The notes: generated by a model from the sequence alone, not told the origin. Counted from the first letter of the stretch, positions 10,687 to 19,337 are shown. The stretch is 37,008 nt of DNA from Gammaproteobacteria bacterium (GCA_013151355.1 JAADIL010000042.1:1-37008), one strand, 5' to 3'. Program-made: numbers and translations.

Positions 10687-11085
10687 ATGACTATCGGCGT
10701 ACTTTTGGTAAGTCACGAACCCCTTGGCCATGTCATGCTGGATATCAGCGTCAAAACACTCAGCATCTGTCCACTGGCAACCCGTGTGCTGAGTGTACCA
10801 CTGGATGCTGATCCGGATGCACTGGCCGTTCGCGCTGAAAAAATGATGACCGAATTAAATAGTGGTGACGGCGTGTTGATCCTTACCGACCTCTGTGGCG
10901 CAACACCGTCGAATATTGCTTGCCGACTTGCCCGCTTCAATGATGTGATGATAGTAACCGGACTCAACTTGTCCATGCTGATCCGGGTGCTCAACTATCC
11001 CGAACTGTCGCTCACTGAAATGGCCGAACGCGCTGTGGACGGCGGGCGGCAGGGGATTATGTTATTGCCTGATTGCGTGACGTAA
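10687..11085 (+). CDS. Stand-alone PTS EIIA, mannose/fructose type
   Basis: IGVLLVSH (phospho-His), GVLILTDLCGATPSN, TGLNLSML. Confidence 0.9.
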   Translation: MTIGVLLVSHEPLGHVMLDISVKTLSICPLATRVLSVPLDADPDALAVRAEKMMTELNSGDGVLILTDLCGATPSNIACRLARFNDVMIVTGLNLSMLIRVLNYPELSLTEMAERAVDGGRQGIMLLPDCVT

Positions 11086-11103
11086 AACAGGAAGCTTCCG
11101 AAT

Positions 11104-11373
11104 ATGACCCGTCGCCCTGTTACCATCATCAACAAACTTGGCCTGCACGCACGCGCTGCCGCCAAACTGGTGGCGCTCGCCAGTCAGTTTGGCAGTGAGA
11201 TCAAACTGGTTAAAAACACCACCGAGGTCAACGGCAAAAGTATTCTCGGGGTGATGATGCTGGCCGCCGCCAAAGGTACAAAGCTGGAATTGATTGCTGA
11301 TGGTGCGGATGAAATAAAGGCACTGGATGCACTGGAAGATCTTGTTGCACGCCGGTTTGATGAGGCCGAATAG
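11104..11373 (+). CDS. ptsH: HPr/NPr family phosphocarrier
   Basis: NKLGLHARAAAK (His15) and VNGKSILGVM (Ser46, the HprK target). Confidence 0.9.
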   Translation: MTRRPVTIINKLGLHARAAAKLVALASQFGSEIKLVKNTTEVNGKSILGVMMLAAAKGTKLELIADGADEIKALDALEDLVARRFDEAE

Positions 11374-11495
11374 CCCGCAGTTCCTTTTTTATGAACATGG
11401 TTCAGGGGGCAGGTTAAGGAACGTGCCCACCCCGCCTGACCGCCCCAACTCTTTCACCATAGGGTAGAATGCCACCACGTTACCGGTGGACTGCC

Positions 11496-12857
11496 ATGCC
11501 CAATTCAAACAAAGAACACGAACATCGCGCCCGACGATTGCAGGCATTCACGGATTTGCTCCGTGATGGCACGCTTGCCCGTGTGGAACGTGAGTTACAC
11601 GAATTGCATCCGGCGGAAATTGCGCATTTGCTGGAAGCTCTGCCGCATGAGCAGCGTGATGCTGTGTGGCAACTGGTTTCCGCCGAGCAGGAAGGTGATG
11701 TGTTGTTGCAGGTCAACGATGATGTGCGTGAGCGACTGATTCGTGACATGGACAACAGCGAGCTGCTGGCTGCTGCGGAAGGGCTGGAGACCGATGACCT
11801 CGCGGACATTCTCAACGATTTCCCCGATGCGGTAACCGATCAGGTGCTGGAGGCCATGGATGTTCAGCACCGCGAGCGACTGGAGGCGGTAATGTCTTAC
11901 CCGGAAGACACCGCTGGCGGGCTGATGAATACTGATACCATCACCGTGCGTGCAGACATCAGTCTTGATGTGGTGCTGCGTTACCTGCGGCGCATCGGCG
12001 AGATTCCGGAAATGACCGATCAGCTCATCGTCACCAATCGCGAAAACAGATACCTGGGACTGTTGCCGCTGACTGACTTGCTGATCAAAAACCCCGATAC
12101 CACTGTGGCAGAGCACATGGATCGCGAGCAGGAAGCCATTCTTGCCACTCTGCCTGAGCAAGAGGTCGCCAGTCTGTTTGAAAAACGTGATCTGGTGTCG
12201 GCACCGGTGGTAGACGAAAAAGGCAGGCTGCTGGGGCGTATCACTATCGATGATGTGGTGGACGTGATTCGCGACGAGGCCGAGCATTCGCTGATGAGCA
12301 TGGCGGGCCTCTCGGAAGAAGACGATATGTTTGCGCCGGTAGCGACCAGCTCACAACGCCGCGCCGTCTGGCTGGGAGTAAATCTGCTCACTGCACTGCT
12401 GGCCTCGTGGGTGATCGGTCAGTTCGACGCTACTCTGGAAAAAATGGTGGCGCTGGCCATCCTTATGCCCATTGTCGCCAGTATGGGCGGCATTGCTGGT
12501 AACCAGACCCTGACACTGGTCATTCGCGGCATGGCACTGGGGCAAATCAGCCGTTCCAATGCGCGTCGGTTGTTTAACAAAGAGCTGTTGGTGGGCGGGC
12601 TCAACGGGATAATTTGGGCGCTGATCGTCGGTGGCATTGTGACGGCCTGGTTTGGTGATGTTCAACTGGGCGGCATTATCGCCGCAGCGATGCTGATAAA
12701 CCTGATCGTCGCCGCCATGGCCGGGGCCACCATTCCGCTGGTGCTCAAACGCGCAGGCATTGATCCGGCGCTGGCAGGTGGCGTACTGCTCACCACGGTG
12801 ACAGATGTGATCGGTTTCCTGGCCTTTCTGGGGCTGGCAGCCTTGCTGTTGTATTGA
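11496..12857 (+). CDS. mgtE: Magnesium transporter MgtE
   Basis: LHPAEIA N-domain, CBS pair (TAGGLM, GRITIDD), MGGIAGNQT, IDPALAGG..TTVTDV; start ATG 11496 preferred over 11469. Confidence 0.95.
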   Translation: MPNSNKEHEHRARRLQAFTDLLRDGTLARVERELHELHPAEIAHLLEALPHEQRDAVWQLVSAEQEGDVLLQVNDDVRERLIRDMDNSELLAAAEGLETDDLADILNDFPDAVTDQVLEAMDVQHRERLEAVMSYPEDTAGGLMNTDTITVRADISLDVVLRYLRRIGEIPEMTDQLIVTNRENRYLGLLPLTDLLIKNPDTTVAEHMDREQEAILATLPEQEVASLFEKRDLVSAPVVDEKGRLLGRITIDDVVDVIRDEAEHSLMSMAGLSEEDDMFAPVATSSQRRAVWLGVNLLTALLASWVIGQFDATLEKMVALAILMPIVASMGGIAGNQTLTLVIRGMALGQISRSNARRLFNKELLVGGLNGIIWALIVGGIVTAWFGDVQLGGIIAAAMLINLIVAAMAGATIPLVLKRAGIDPALAGGVLLTTVTDVIGFLAFLGLAALLLY

Positions 12858-12894
12858 TGTTTATCGTTACCGGTAAGGAATGGAAATTAAATAA

Positions 12895-13237
12895 CTGATG
12901 TTACGCACTCGTAGCTATAGGGTGGGCAAAAACACATGCCCACCCGCTGCCTGGCCATCAGGCTAAGCCGGCCAGGGTGGAACAAGCGTAGCGGTTCCAC
13001 CAAACGGGAAAGGGACCTGTTCAAGGTTCGTTCAGTTATCGACATTGACTCGCCGTTTGCCAGTGAGTTGTGGTTGCATAAGGGCTTTTTTCTCCTGTTT
13101 CAGGCTATAGGGTTTTTGTTGCAGGGTGTGTTTTTGTCAGCGGTCGTGAACAGAGGCGATTTGTTGTTCCTTACCAGCAATCAGGTGGAACCGCTGCGCT
13201 TGTTCCACCCTACAATCGGAGGCCTGCGTAACATCAC
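12895..13237. mobile_element. MITE (343 bp), 13-bp TIR, 8-bp TSD, carrying GTAG-type REPs (family B)
   Basis: CTGATGTTACGCA (12895-12907) / TGCGTAACATCAC (13225-13237), 12/13 match; direct repeat TTAAATAA at 12887-12894 and 13238-13245. Confidence 0.85.
12973..13213. repeat. Inverted pair of GTAG-type REP sequences (REPIN-like)
   Basis: CAGGGTGGAACAAGCGTAGCGGTTCCACC (12973-13001) and GGTGGAACCGCTGCGCTTGTTCCACCCTAC (13184-13213); extra hairpin GGGTGGGCA..TGCCCACCC at 12920-12945. Confidence 0.85.
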
Positions 13238-13294
13238 TTAAATAACGTGTACACGTTATTTAATTTCCATTCCTGATTAATCCAGGTCAAACCA

Positions 13295-13735
13295 ATGCCC
13301 GCACCCGAAACACCCAAACTCACCGTCGATATTATTATCGAGCTTACTGACCAGCCCGGTCGGCCCATCCTGCTCATCGAGCGCAAAAACCCTTATGGCT
13401 GGGCGTTACCCGGCGGTTTTGTGGATGTGGGTGAAAGCCTGGAACAGGCTGCCGTACGAGAGGCTGCCGAAGAAATATCACTACCCGTAACACTCATTGT
13501 TTTGCTGGGGTGCTACTCCAGTCCTGATCGTGATCCGCGAGGTCACACCGTCAGCGCTGTGTACATTGCCGAGGCCAACGGTGAACCCTGTGCTGCGGAC
13601 GATGCTGCGAATGTGCAGATTTTTTTACCCGAGACTCTGCCCGGGATGCTGGCTTTTGACCATGCCCTGATCTTGACGGATTATCTGAATTATCGACAAA
13701 ACAACAAGCTGACACCGTTACGGAATCAGGATTAA
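13295..13735 (+). CDS. NUDIX hydrolase (ADP-ribose pyrophosphatase-like)
   Basis: Nudix box [24 protein letters not shown]; [10 protein letters not shown] and LAFDH motifs. Confidence 0.9.
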   Translation: MPAPETPKLTVDIIIELTDQPGRPILLIERKNPYGWALPGGFVDVGESLEQAAVREAAEEISLPVTLIVLLGCYSSPDRDPRGHTVSAVYIAEANGEPCAADDAANVQIFLPETLPGMLAFDHALILTDYLNYRQNNKLTPLRNQD

Positions 13736-13969
13736 ATGTGGATCAAGCGCTAAAAACACGCTACGTTTAAAAAATCACCGGGTATTTAACACAGAGAACG
13801 CAAAGCGATATCTTTGTCCGTTGTCCTCTCATCCTTTGCGCTCTCTGCATCTCCGCACCTTTGCGTTAGATTTTATGACACAGCAATTCGTAGCCGGAGG
13901 ATGGTCTGTTCTGCTGAATGTAAACCAATGATTTTATTCGCCTGAATATTTTTAGCCCTTAATGCACAT
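13736..13969. mobile_element. MITE family C, copy 1 (234 bp), 4-bp TSD TTAA
   Basis: Ends ATGTGGATCAAGCGCTAAA / TTTAGCCCTTAATGCACAT; TTAA at 13732-13735 and 13970-13973; first 61 bp match copy 2 at 54 positions. Confidence 0.85.
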
Positions 13970-14004
13970 TTAAGTCACAAGTGCCCGGGAACCCGGCGCT
14001 GATC

Positions 14005-14031
14005 TAAAGCAGCCCCGGTACCTGCCGATAG
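14005..14031 (+). promoter_or_regulatory. Sigma28 (FliA)-type promoter
   Basis: TAAA (14005-14008), exactly 15 nt, then GCCGATAG (14024-14031), versus consensus TAAA-N15-GCCGATAA; about 60 bp upstream of the EAL-HDOD start. Confidence 0.75.
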
Positions 14032-14089
14032 CTCGACCAGTAAACAGACTTTTCAGTCTGTACCCGCGCTACCAGCAAGGATTGCCACC

Positions 14090-15298
14090 GTGTCTGACAT
14101 CTTCATTGCCCGCCAGCCCATCTACGATCGCAAGCTGTACGTATACGCTTACGAACTGCTCTATCGTTCCAGTGAAAAAAATCAGGCCGATATCGTCGAT
14201 GGTGATGACGCCACCTCCCAGGTGATGATCAACGCCCTGATGGAAATTGGTCTGCCCGAGCTGGTGGGGCAATCGCTGGCTTTTATCAATCTCACAGAGC
14301 GCTACATCATAGAAGGCCTGCCGCCTTCACTGGTGCAGGACAATGTAGTGCTGGAAGTGCTCGAAGACATTAAACCTGGCAAGGAAGTGATTGCGGGCCT
14401 GAAAAGGCTCAAGGCTTTGGGTTACACCATAGCTCTCGATGATTTTATTTATACCGAGAATAACCGCGCATTGATTGAATTTGCCGACATTATCAAAATT
14501 GACCTGACGACCCTGCCGGGGGGCGAACTGACCGAGCAAGTGAAAATACTTCGTCCCGAAGGCGCACGTTTGCTGGCAGAAAAAGTAGAAACCCCGGAAG
14601 ATTTTGAATACTGCAAGGCGCTGGGTTTTGATTATTTTCAGGGTTACTTTTTTTGTAAACCAAAGATTTTCAAAGGCGAGCACACGCCCACCAGTCGCAC
14701 GGCCATTATGCAACTGCTGACCAAATTGCAGGACCCCGAACTGGGCTTCAATGAATTACAGGCACTGGTGGTACAAGATGTTTCCCTGTCATACCGCATT
14801 TTGCGCTACATCAATTCCGCACATTTCAGTGTTGGGCAAAAAGTTGAATCCATGCAACAGGCCATCAGCCTGTTGGGACTCAACACCATCAAAACCTGGG
14901 TGACGATTCTGGCCATGTCCAGTGTTGATGACAAACCTTACGAGCTGATTCTCACCGCATTGATTCGTGCGCACATGTGCGAAAAACTGTCTGCCAATAC
15001 CTCGATATCTGCTGAAAATGCTTTTACTGTCGGCCTGTTTTCTGCTCTGGATGCTTTCATCGACAAACCGCTGGCGGAAATTCTCGTTACCTTGCCATTG
15101 TCCGATACGCTGCACCATGCGTTACTTGACAAAACTGGCGAGTTGGGACAGATGCTGTCGCTGGTGCTGAGCTATGAACGCGGTCAATGGAATAATTTGA
15201 GCACTGCACAATATGACAGCAGTACTTTGCGCACAGCCTACCTGGCGTCAATTCGCTGGGCGGGTGAAATCAGTGATTCACTGATCACCAAAAAATAG
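14090..15298 (+). CDS. EAL + HDOD domain protein (YuxH-type putative c-di-GMP phosphodiesterase)
   Basis: ARQPI..AYELLYR, AFIN, VLEVLE, ALDDF, IIKID, LAEKVE, FQGYFF, then HDOD (DVSLSYRILRYINS, AFTVGLFS); GTG start. Confidence 0.9.
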   Translation: MSDIFIARQPIYDRKLYVYAYELLYRSSEKNQADIVDGDDATSQVMINALMEIGLPELVGQSLAFINLTERYIIEGLPPSLVQDNVVLEVLEDIKPGKEVIAGLKRLKALGYTIALDDFIYTENNRALIEFADIIKIDLTTLPGGELTEQVKILRPEGARLLAEKVETPEDFEYCKALGFDYFQGYFFCKPKIFKGEHTPTSRTAIMQLLTKLQDPELGFNELQALVVQDVSLSYRILRYINSAHFSVGQKVESMQQAISLLGLNTIKTWVTILAMSSVDDKPYELILTALIRAHMCEKLSANTSISAENAFTVGLFSALDAFIDKPLAEILVTLPLSDTLHHALLDKTGELGQMLSLVLSYERGQWNNLSTAQYDSSTLRTAYLASIRWAGEISDSLITKK

Positions 15299-15320
15299 TG
15301 CAAGACGGGATGCACTCTGC

Positions 15321-17396
15321 CTATTTGTTCCCGTTGATTTTTGAACCGGTTTTCGTCAGCAATAAACAACCGCTGGCATCGGGTATACAGGACCAGCCGG
15401 GTGCGAGATAAGTGGTGGAGACGGTTTCGGTGATCAGCGCTGGTCCGACGATTTCGGCAGGCAGGTTTTCCCGTGCATAAACCGGCACCTTCGTTTCGAT
15501 ACCCGCCAGCGACACATGAACCATAGCCGATATTTCATGGACAGGTTTTGTGTCATGGACAGGCTGCAATGTCAGAGCCCGGGACGGGCTGTGTACTTTT
15601 ACGCGCAGGGTTACCAGTTCCACCGGCTGTTGCAGGCGGTGGCCGTACAACGCGGCATGTCGCTCATGAAATTGCTCAACTACACTGATCATCGCCTGTT
15701 CAATGGCATGGGTTTTGTTGTCCACCGATAATGCAACCGGCAAATTGATAACAAACGACTGCCCCCGGTAACGCAGATCCATGCTGGGTGACATTCTGAT
15801 ACTGTCTGCATCCACACCTTCTGTAACCAAAGCTTCACAACCACGTTTTGCCAATGTGGTTATGGCTTGCTGCACGTCACGCAGCAACAGTTCATCGGGC
15901 ATAACAGAAAGTCGCTGTTGCAATGTGTGGGACAGATAACGTGCCCGTGGTGCCACCAGCATGCCCAGTGCCGACAACACACCGGCATGGGCAGGCACCA
16001 GCGCCTGTGACATTTCCAGTGCCTCGGCCAGCGCACAAACGTGCAACCCTCCGGCACCACCAAAGGAGGTCAACGTCAATTGTGCCGCATCGACACCGCG
16101 TTGCACCGACATCACCCGCAAAGCGCGCGCCATATGCTCATTGGCTACGTCAATAATGCCTTGCGCCGTTTGTTCCAGGGAGAGATCGAGCGTTTTGGCC
16201 AGCGGTGCAATGGCCGTCCGTGCGGCATTTTCGTCCAGGGTCATGTGACCGCCGAGAAAGGCGTCGCTACGCAGACGACCCAACAGCAGGTTGGCATCGG
16301 TGACTGTAGCCTGCATATTGATTCCGGCAACGCCCCGCCCGTAACAGGCGGGCCCGGGATCGGCACCCGCAGATTCCGGCCCCACCTGCAACAGTCCGCC
16401 GCTGTCGATGCGTGCAATAGAACCGCCGCCCGCGCCAATGGTGTGCATGTCCACCATGGGTACGCCCACGGGCCAGGGGCCTATGCGGCCTTCCGTGGTG
16501 AGTGGCAAATCGCCAGTCTGTGCATTGTCCAGCAATGCCACATCAGTAGAAGTGCCGCCCATGTCAAAACTCAGCAAGCGCTGGCAGCCTGCAAGACCAC
16601 CCACATATTGCGCACCGGCCAGGCCACCCGCTGGTCCGGATAACAACATGTGGACGGCTTCTTCACCCGCCTGTGCAGCGTCGATGGTGCCACCCGCGCT
16701 TTGCATCACGGCCACTTGTGCCTGCGGAATACCCACACACAATCGTTGCAGATAGCCCTGTACCAGCGGGCCGACACTGGCATTGAGCCAAGTGGTGATA
16801 CCGCGCTCGTATTCACGGGGCTCGGGCAGGATGTGCGATGAGCGTGAGATAAACATACCATCTGGCACGATCTCGGCGATGCGTTTTTCAAAACGCTCGT
16901 CCAGCCAGGAAAACAGCAGATTGATGGCCACAGCTTGTGGCTTTAATGTTTCCAGTGCGCTGCGCAATGTGTGCAAACCGGATTCGGTGAGGTCTTCCAG
17001 CACACAACCATCGGCACCCAACCGTCCTCCGGTTTCCAGGCACAGTTCACGTGGCACAGGCGGAGCGACAGGGGCCGGATTGAGATTGTAGAGTTCGGCG
17101 CGTGCCTGGCGGCCGATGGTGAGCAGGTCACGCAGGCCAGTGTTGGTGATGAATGCAGTGCGCACGCCCTTGCCTTCGAGCACAGCATTGGTGGCGACGG
17201 TGGAGCCGTGCACCACCAGCAAATCGTCGCAATTATCCAGTTCCAACTCGCGAATACCTTGCAAGATCGCCTGTTCCGGTGCCTGCGGGGTAGATAATAC
17301 CTTGTGGACGCGCAAGTTTTGCTCTCCGATGGACCCATCGGGGAGCAATACAAAATCGGTGAAGGTGCCACCCGTGTCGATTCCTAAAAGTGGCAT
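15321..17396 (-). CDS. Hydantoinase/5-oxoprolinase family, ATP-dependent A subunit
   Basis: GIDTGGTFTD, HGSTVATNA, LSGPAGG, DMGGTSTD, GPESAGADPGPACYG, FGGAGGLH, DLRYRGQS. Confidence 0.93.
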   Translation of the reverse strand: MPLLGIDTGGTFTDFVLLPDGSIGEQNLRVHKVLSTPQAPEQAILQGIRELELDNCDDLLVVHGSTVATNAVLEGKGVRTAFITNTGLRDLLTIGRQARAELYNLNPAPVAPPVPRELCLETGGRLGADGCVLEDLTESGLHTLRSALETLKPQAVAINLLFSWLDERFEKRIAEIVPDGMFISRSSHILPEPREYERGITTWLNASVGPLVQGYLQRLCVGIPQAQVAVMQSAGGTIDAAQAGEEAVHMLLSGPAGGLAGAQYVGGLAGCQRLLSFDMGGTSTDVALLDNAQTGDLPLTTEGRIGPWPVGVPMVDMHTIGAGGGSIARIDSGGLLQVGPESAGADPGPACYGRGVAGINMQATVTDANLLLGRLRSDAFLGGHMTLDENAARTAIAPLAKTLDLSLEQTAQGIIDVANEHMARALRVMSVQRGVDAAQLTLTSFGGAGGLHVCALAEALEMSQALVPAHAGVLSALGMLVAPRARYLSHTLQQRLSVMPDELLLRDVQQAITTLAKRGCEALVTEGVDADSIRMSPSMDLRYRGQSFVINLPVALSVDNKTHAIEQAMISVVEQFHERHAALYGHRLQQPVELVTLRVKVHSPSRALTLQPVHDTKPVHEISAMVHVSLAGIETKVPVYARENLPAEIVGPALITETVSTTYLAPGWSCIPDASGCLLLTKTGSKINGNK

Positions 17397-17407
17397 GTAT
17401 GGTGCTG

Positions 17408-18454
17408 TTATGTATCTGCAATGACGACGCAGTTGCGACCGGTGGCCTTGGCTGCGTAGAGTGCCTTGTCGGCACGTGCCAGCACGGCGTCAGTTGTTTC
17501 ACCAGGCTGTGCAGCGGCGACACCGAGACTGATGCTGGCCTGTATTTCCAGACCTTGCAGATTGATGGGCTGATTGGCCACATGCGCGCGGATACGTTCT
17601 GCAACATTTCTGGAGGTGGTGGGATTTGCGCCATTGAGCACCAGCAAAAATTCTTCGCCACCATAACGACCGACTTCATCAAAACCGCGCAAGGCAGAGC
17701 GAATCCGGTTCGACACTTCGGCAAGCACCTTGTCTCCGACCAGATGGCCATGGGTATCATTAACCTCTTTGAAATGGTCAATATCCGCCATGACGGCTAC
17801 TACCGGATGATGCTCTTGCCGGGGCTGTTGCAGCGCCCTTTCCAGCTCACCAATGATGGTTTTGCGGTTTGCCAGACCGGTAAGCGAGTCGGTGGCGGCG
17901 TCCATACGCAGGGTTTTCTGCTGGCGTTGTGCACGATCCAGTGATTCTTCCAGCGTTTTCACATGTGTGAGGTGATAGGTTTCAATGGCCAGCGACATGT
18001 CCAAAGCAATAACCTTGTGTACAAAGGTAGTGAGCTTGCGGGCATTACTGTGTTTGTCATCGATGTGCCGGAGGATCAGCTCAGCCAGGTAGCGGTAAGC
18101 GCACTGATACAGGCTCAGACTCAGGCCTACCCATACATGGGCCTGGCCCACCCGCAGGCGTGATTCAAAATAATCGGCCTGATCAAAGGTAATACCGAGA
18201 CTCAGCAGGTATCGTAACTGGGTTTGTTTGAGGCGCACCACCAGCTCATCATCCACCAGCAAAGTGCGTGCTTCCGCCAGGGTGGGCAGCCACTCATAAA
18301 AGGTGGTGACAATGGTCTCGGCATGAGGCTGAATGATGTCTTGCTGTAGCTGTGCGGCGATAGCATGATCGGCGGCATCGAGTTCCAGCCATTGCAGGCG
18401 CTCGGCAATTTTATTGGCATCAAAGCCGAATTTTTCACAATATGTCAAAGACAT
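17408..18454 (-). CDS. Globin-coupled diguanylate cyclase (sensor globin + GGDEF)
   Basis: Globin RLKQTQ..YFESRLRVGQAH; DSLTGLANR, DIDHFKEVNDTHGHLVGD, I-site RGFD, active site RYGGEEF; start ATG 18454 (or GTG 18472). Confidence 0.9.
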   Translation of the reverse strand: MSLTYCEKFGFDANKIAERLQWLELDAADHAIAAQLQQDIIQPHAETIVTTFYEWLPTLAEARTLLVDDELVVRLKQTQLRYLLSLGITFDQADYFESRLRVGQAHVWVGLSLSLYQCAYRYLAELILRHIDDKHSNARKLTTFVHKVIALDMSLAIETYHLTHVKTLEESLDRAQRQQKTLRMDAATDSLTGLANRKTIIGELERALQQPRQEHHPVVAVMADIDHFKEVNDTHGHLVGDKVLAEVSNRIRSALRGFDEVGRYGGEEFLLVLNGANPTTSRNVAERIRAHVANQPINLQGLEIQASISLGVAAAQPGETTDAVLARADKALYAAKATGRNCVVIADT

Positions 18455-18606
18455 GAAGATACCGTGTGTCACCTTGCTGAATGGTTATACTGAATCGTCG
18501 TTTATTCCGGTTTCATCCCCAATCAAACCCATGACTTCTTTTGGATAAGGATAACGGGCATTTGTCCGGAATAACACTCTTGTAGCGCATAAAGTATCAA
18601 CATTGT

Positions 18607-18830
18607 TACACATCCGATCCACCCTGCGGGCAAACAAACCGGCGATGCGTGATCCCTGTCGTAATACCCCTTTGGGAAACAGGCTGTAAAAGTTTCTTTG
18701 CCGACGCGTTTGGGGTCAATGTCTTCCACCCTGTATCTCGCAAGAATTTCTGCCACAGAGTTGAACGTCGCGGGCAAACATAAAATTCGCGTAAAAAATT
18801 GAGCGCTTGCCAGTGTTCTTCGGCATGATC
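18607..18830 (-). pseudogene. Degenerate TusE/DsrC-family sulfur relay gene (5'-truncated, frameshifted)
   Basis: Minus strand reads EEHWQALNFLREFY...KKL, then after a frameshift near 18688-18691 YSLFPKGVLRQGSRIAGL, then after a second shift LPAGWIGCV; matches the family pattern HWxxxxFLRxxY...YxLFP..Q..RIAGLP..GCV. Confidence 0.72.
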
Positions 18831-18866
18831 GTGATCTCTGTGTGAAAGCGTGTATTATGCACAGAC

Positions 18867-19337
18867 ATGAAATCTGCTACGTATGTTAACCGTTTTTTTC
18901 TGCGACAAAAAACAGTGTTACGATCCCCGGGTATCCGGTCTCATTTGTTTCGTGCTATGGGTATATGGCTTGTGTTAATGGCAAGCGCCTGCGTAAACGT
19001 TCCTGTTGATACAGATCAACCATCGGCCGCCACAAGACTGGAGATACAACAGAAAATATTCCAACAGGCCAAAGCGCTGTTTCTCGACAAACAGTATACG
19101 CAAGCCGCCAATGCCCTGTTGTTATTGGCGCGGCAGGGACATGTCGGTGCGCAGTATACCATTGGCTACATGTACCACCACGGTTACGGCGTGCCACGTA
19201 ACGAAAAGGAATCCATCCGCTGGATTACCACGGCAGCTGCCCGTGGTTACCCGCAGGCTGAAGAGGCCCTGATAAAGATCAACGCCTCCCACGATCAGCG
19301 TGGTGTGCTGGCGGAACCGATCCAAACCTTGAAGTGA
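18867..19337 (+). CDS. Sel1-like repeat protein, probable lipoprotein (start uncertain, possibly 18915 or 18957)
   Basis: ARQGHVGAQYTIGYMYHHGYGVPRNEKESIRWITTAAARG Sel1 repeat; hydrophobic stretch ending ASAC. Confidence 0.8.
   Translation: MKSATYVNRFFLRQKTVLRSPGIRSHLFRAMGIWLVLMASACVNVPVDTDQPSAATRLEIQQKIFQQAKALFLDKQYTQAANALLLLARQGHVGAQYTIGYMYHHGYGVPRNEKESIRWITTAAARGYPQAEEALIKINASHDQRGVLAEPIQTLK

Larger units (their letters stand above)
12876..13274. repeat. 48-bp perfect palindrome split by a MITE insertion (family A ends)
   Basis: Removing 12895..13245 (the insert plus one copy of TTAAATAA) restores AGGAATGGAAATTAAATAACGTGT|ACACGTTATTTAATTTCCATTCCT. Confidence 0.88.

Noticed and set aside
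11374-11495. Possible Mg2+ riboswitch or leader upstream of mgtE
   Set aside because: Short GC-rich spacer with weak pairing; no M-box consensus recognized. An Rfam scan would be needed.
12936-13241. 101-aa ORF sharing GWNKRSGSTK with the ORF at 25421
   Set aside because: The shared peptide is the translated REP sequence, and the ORF lies within a MITE.
18523-18777. 84-aa minus-strand ORF as a real gene
   Set aside because: Better explained as an off-frame reading of the TusE/DsrC-like pseudogene.
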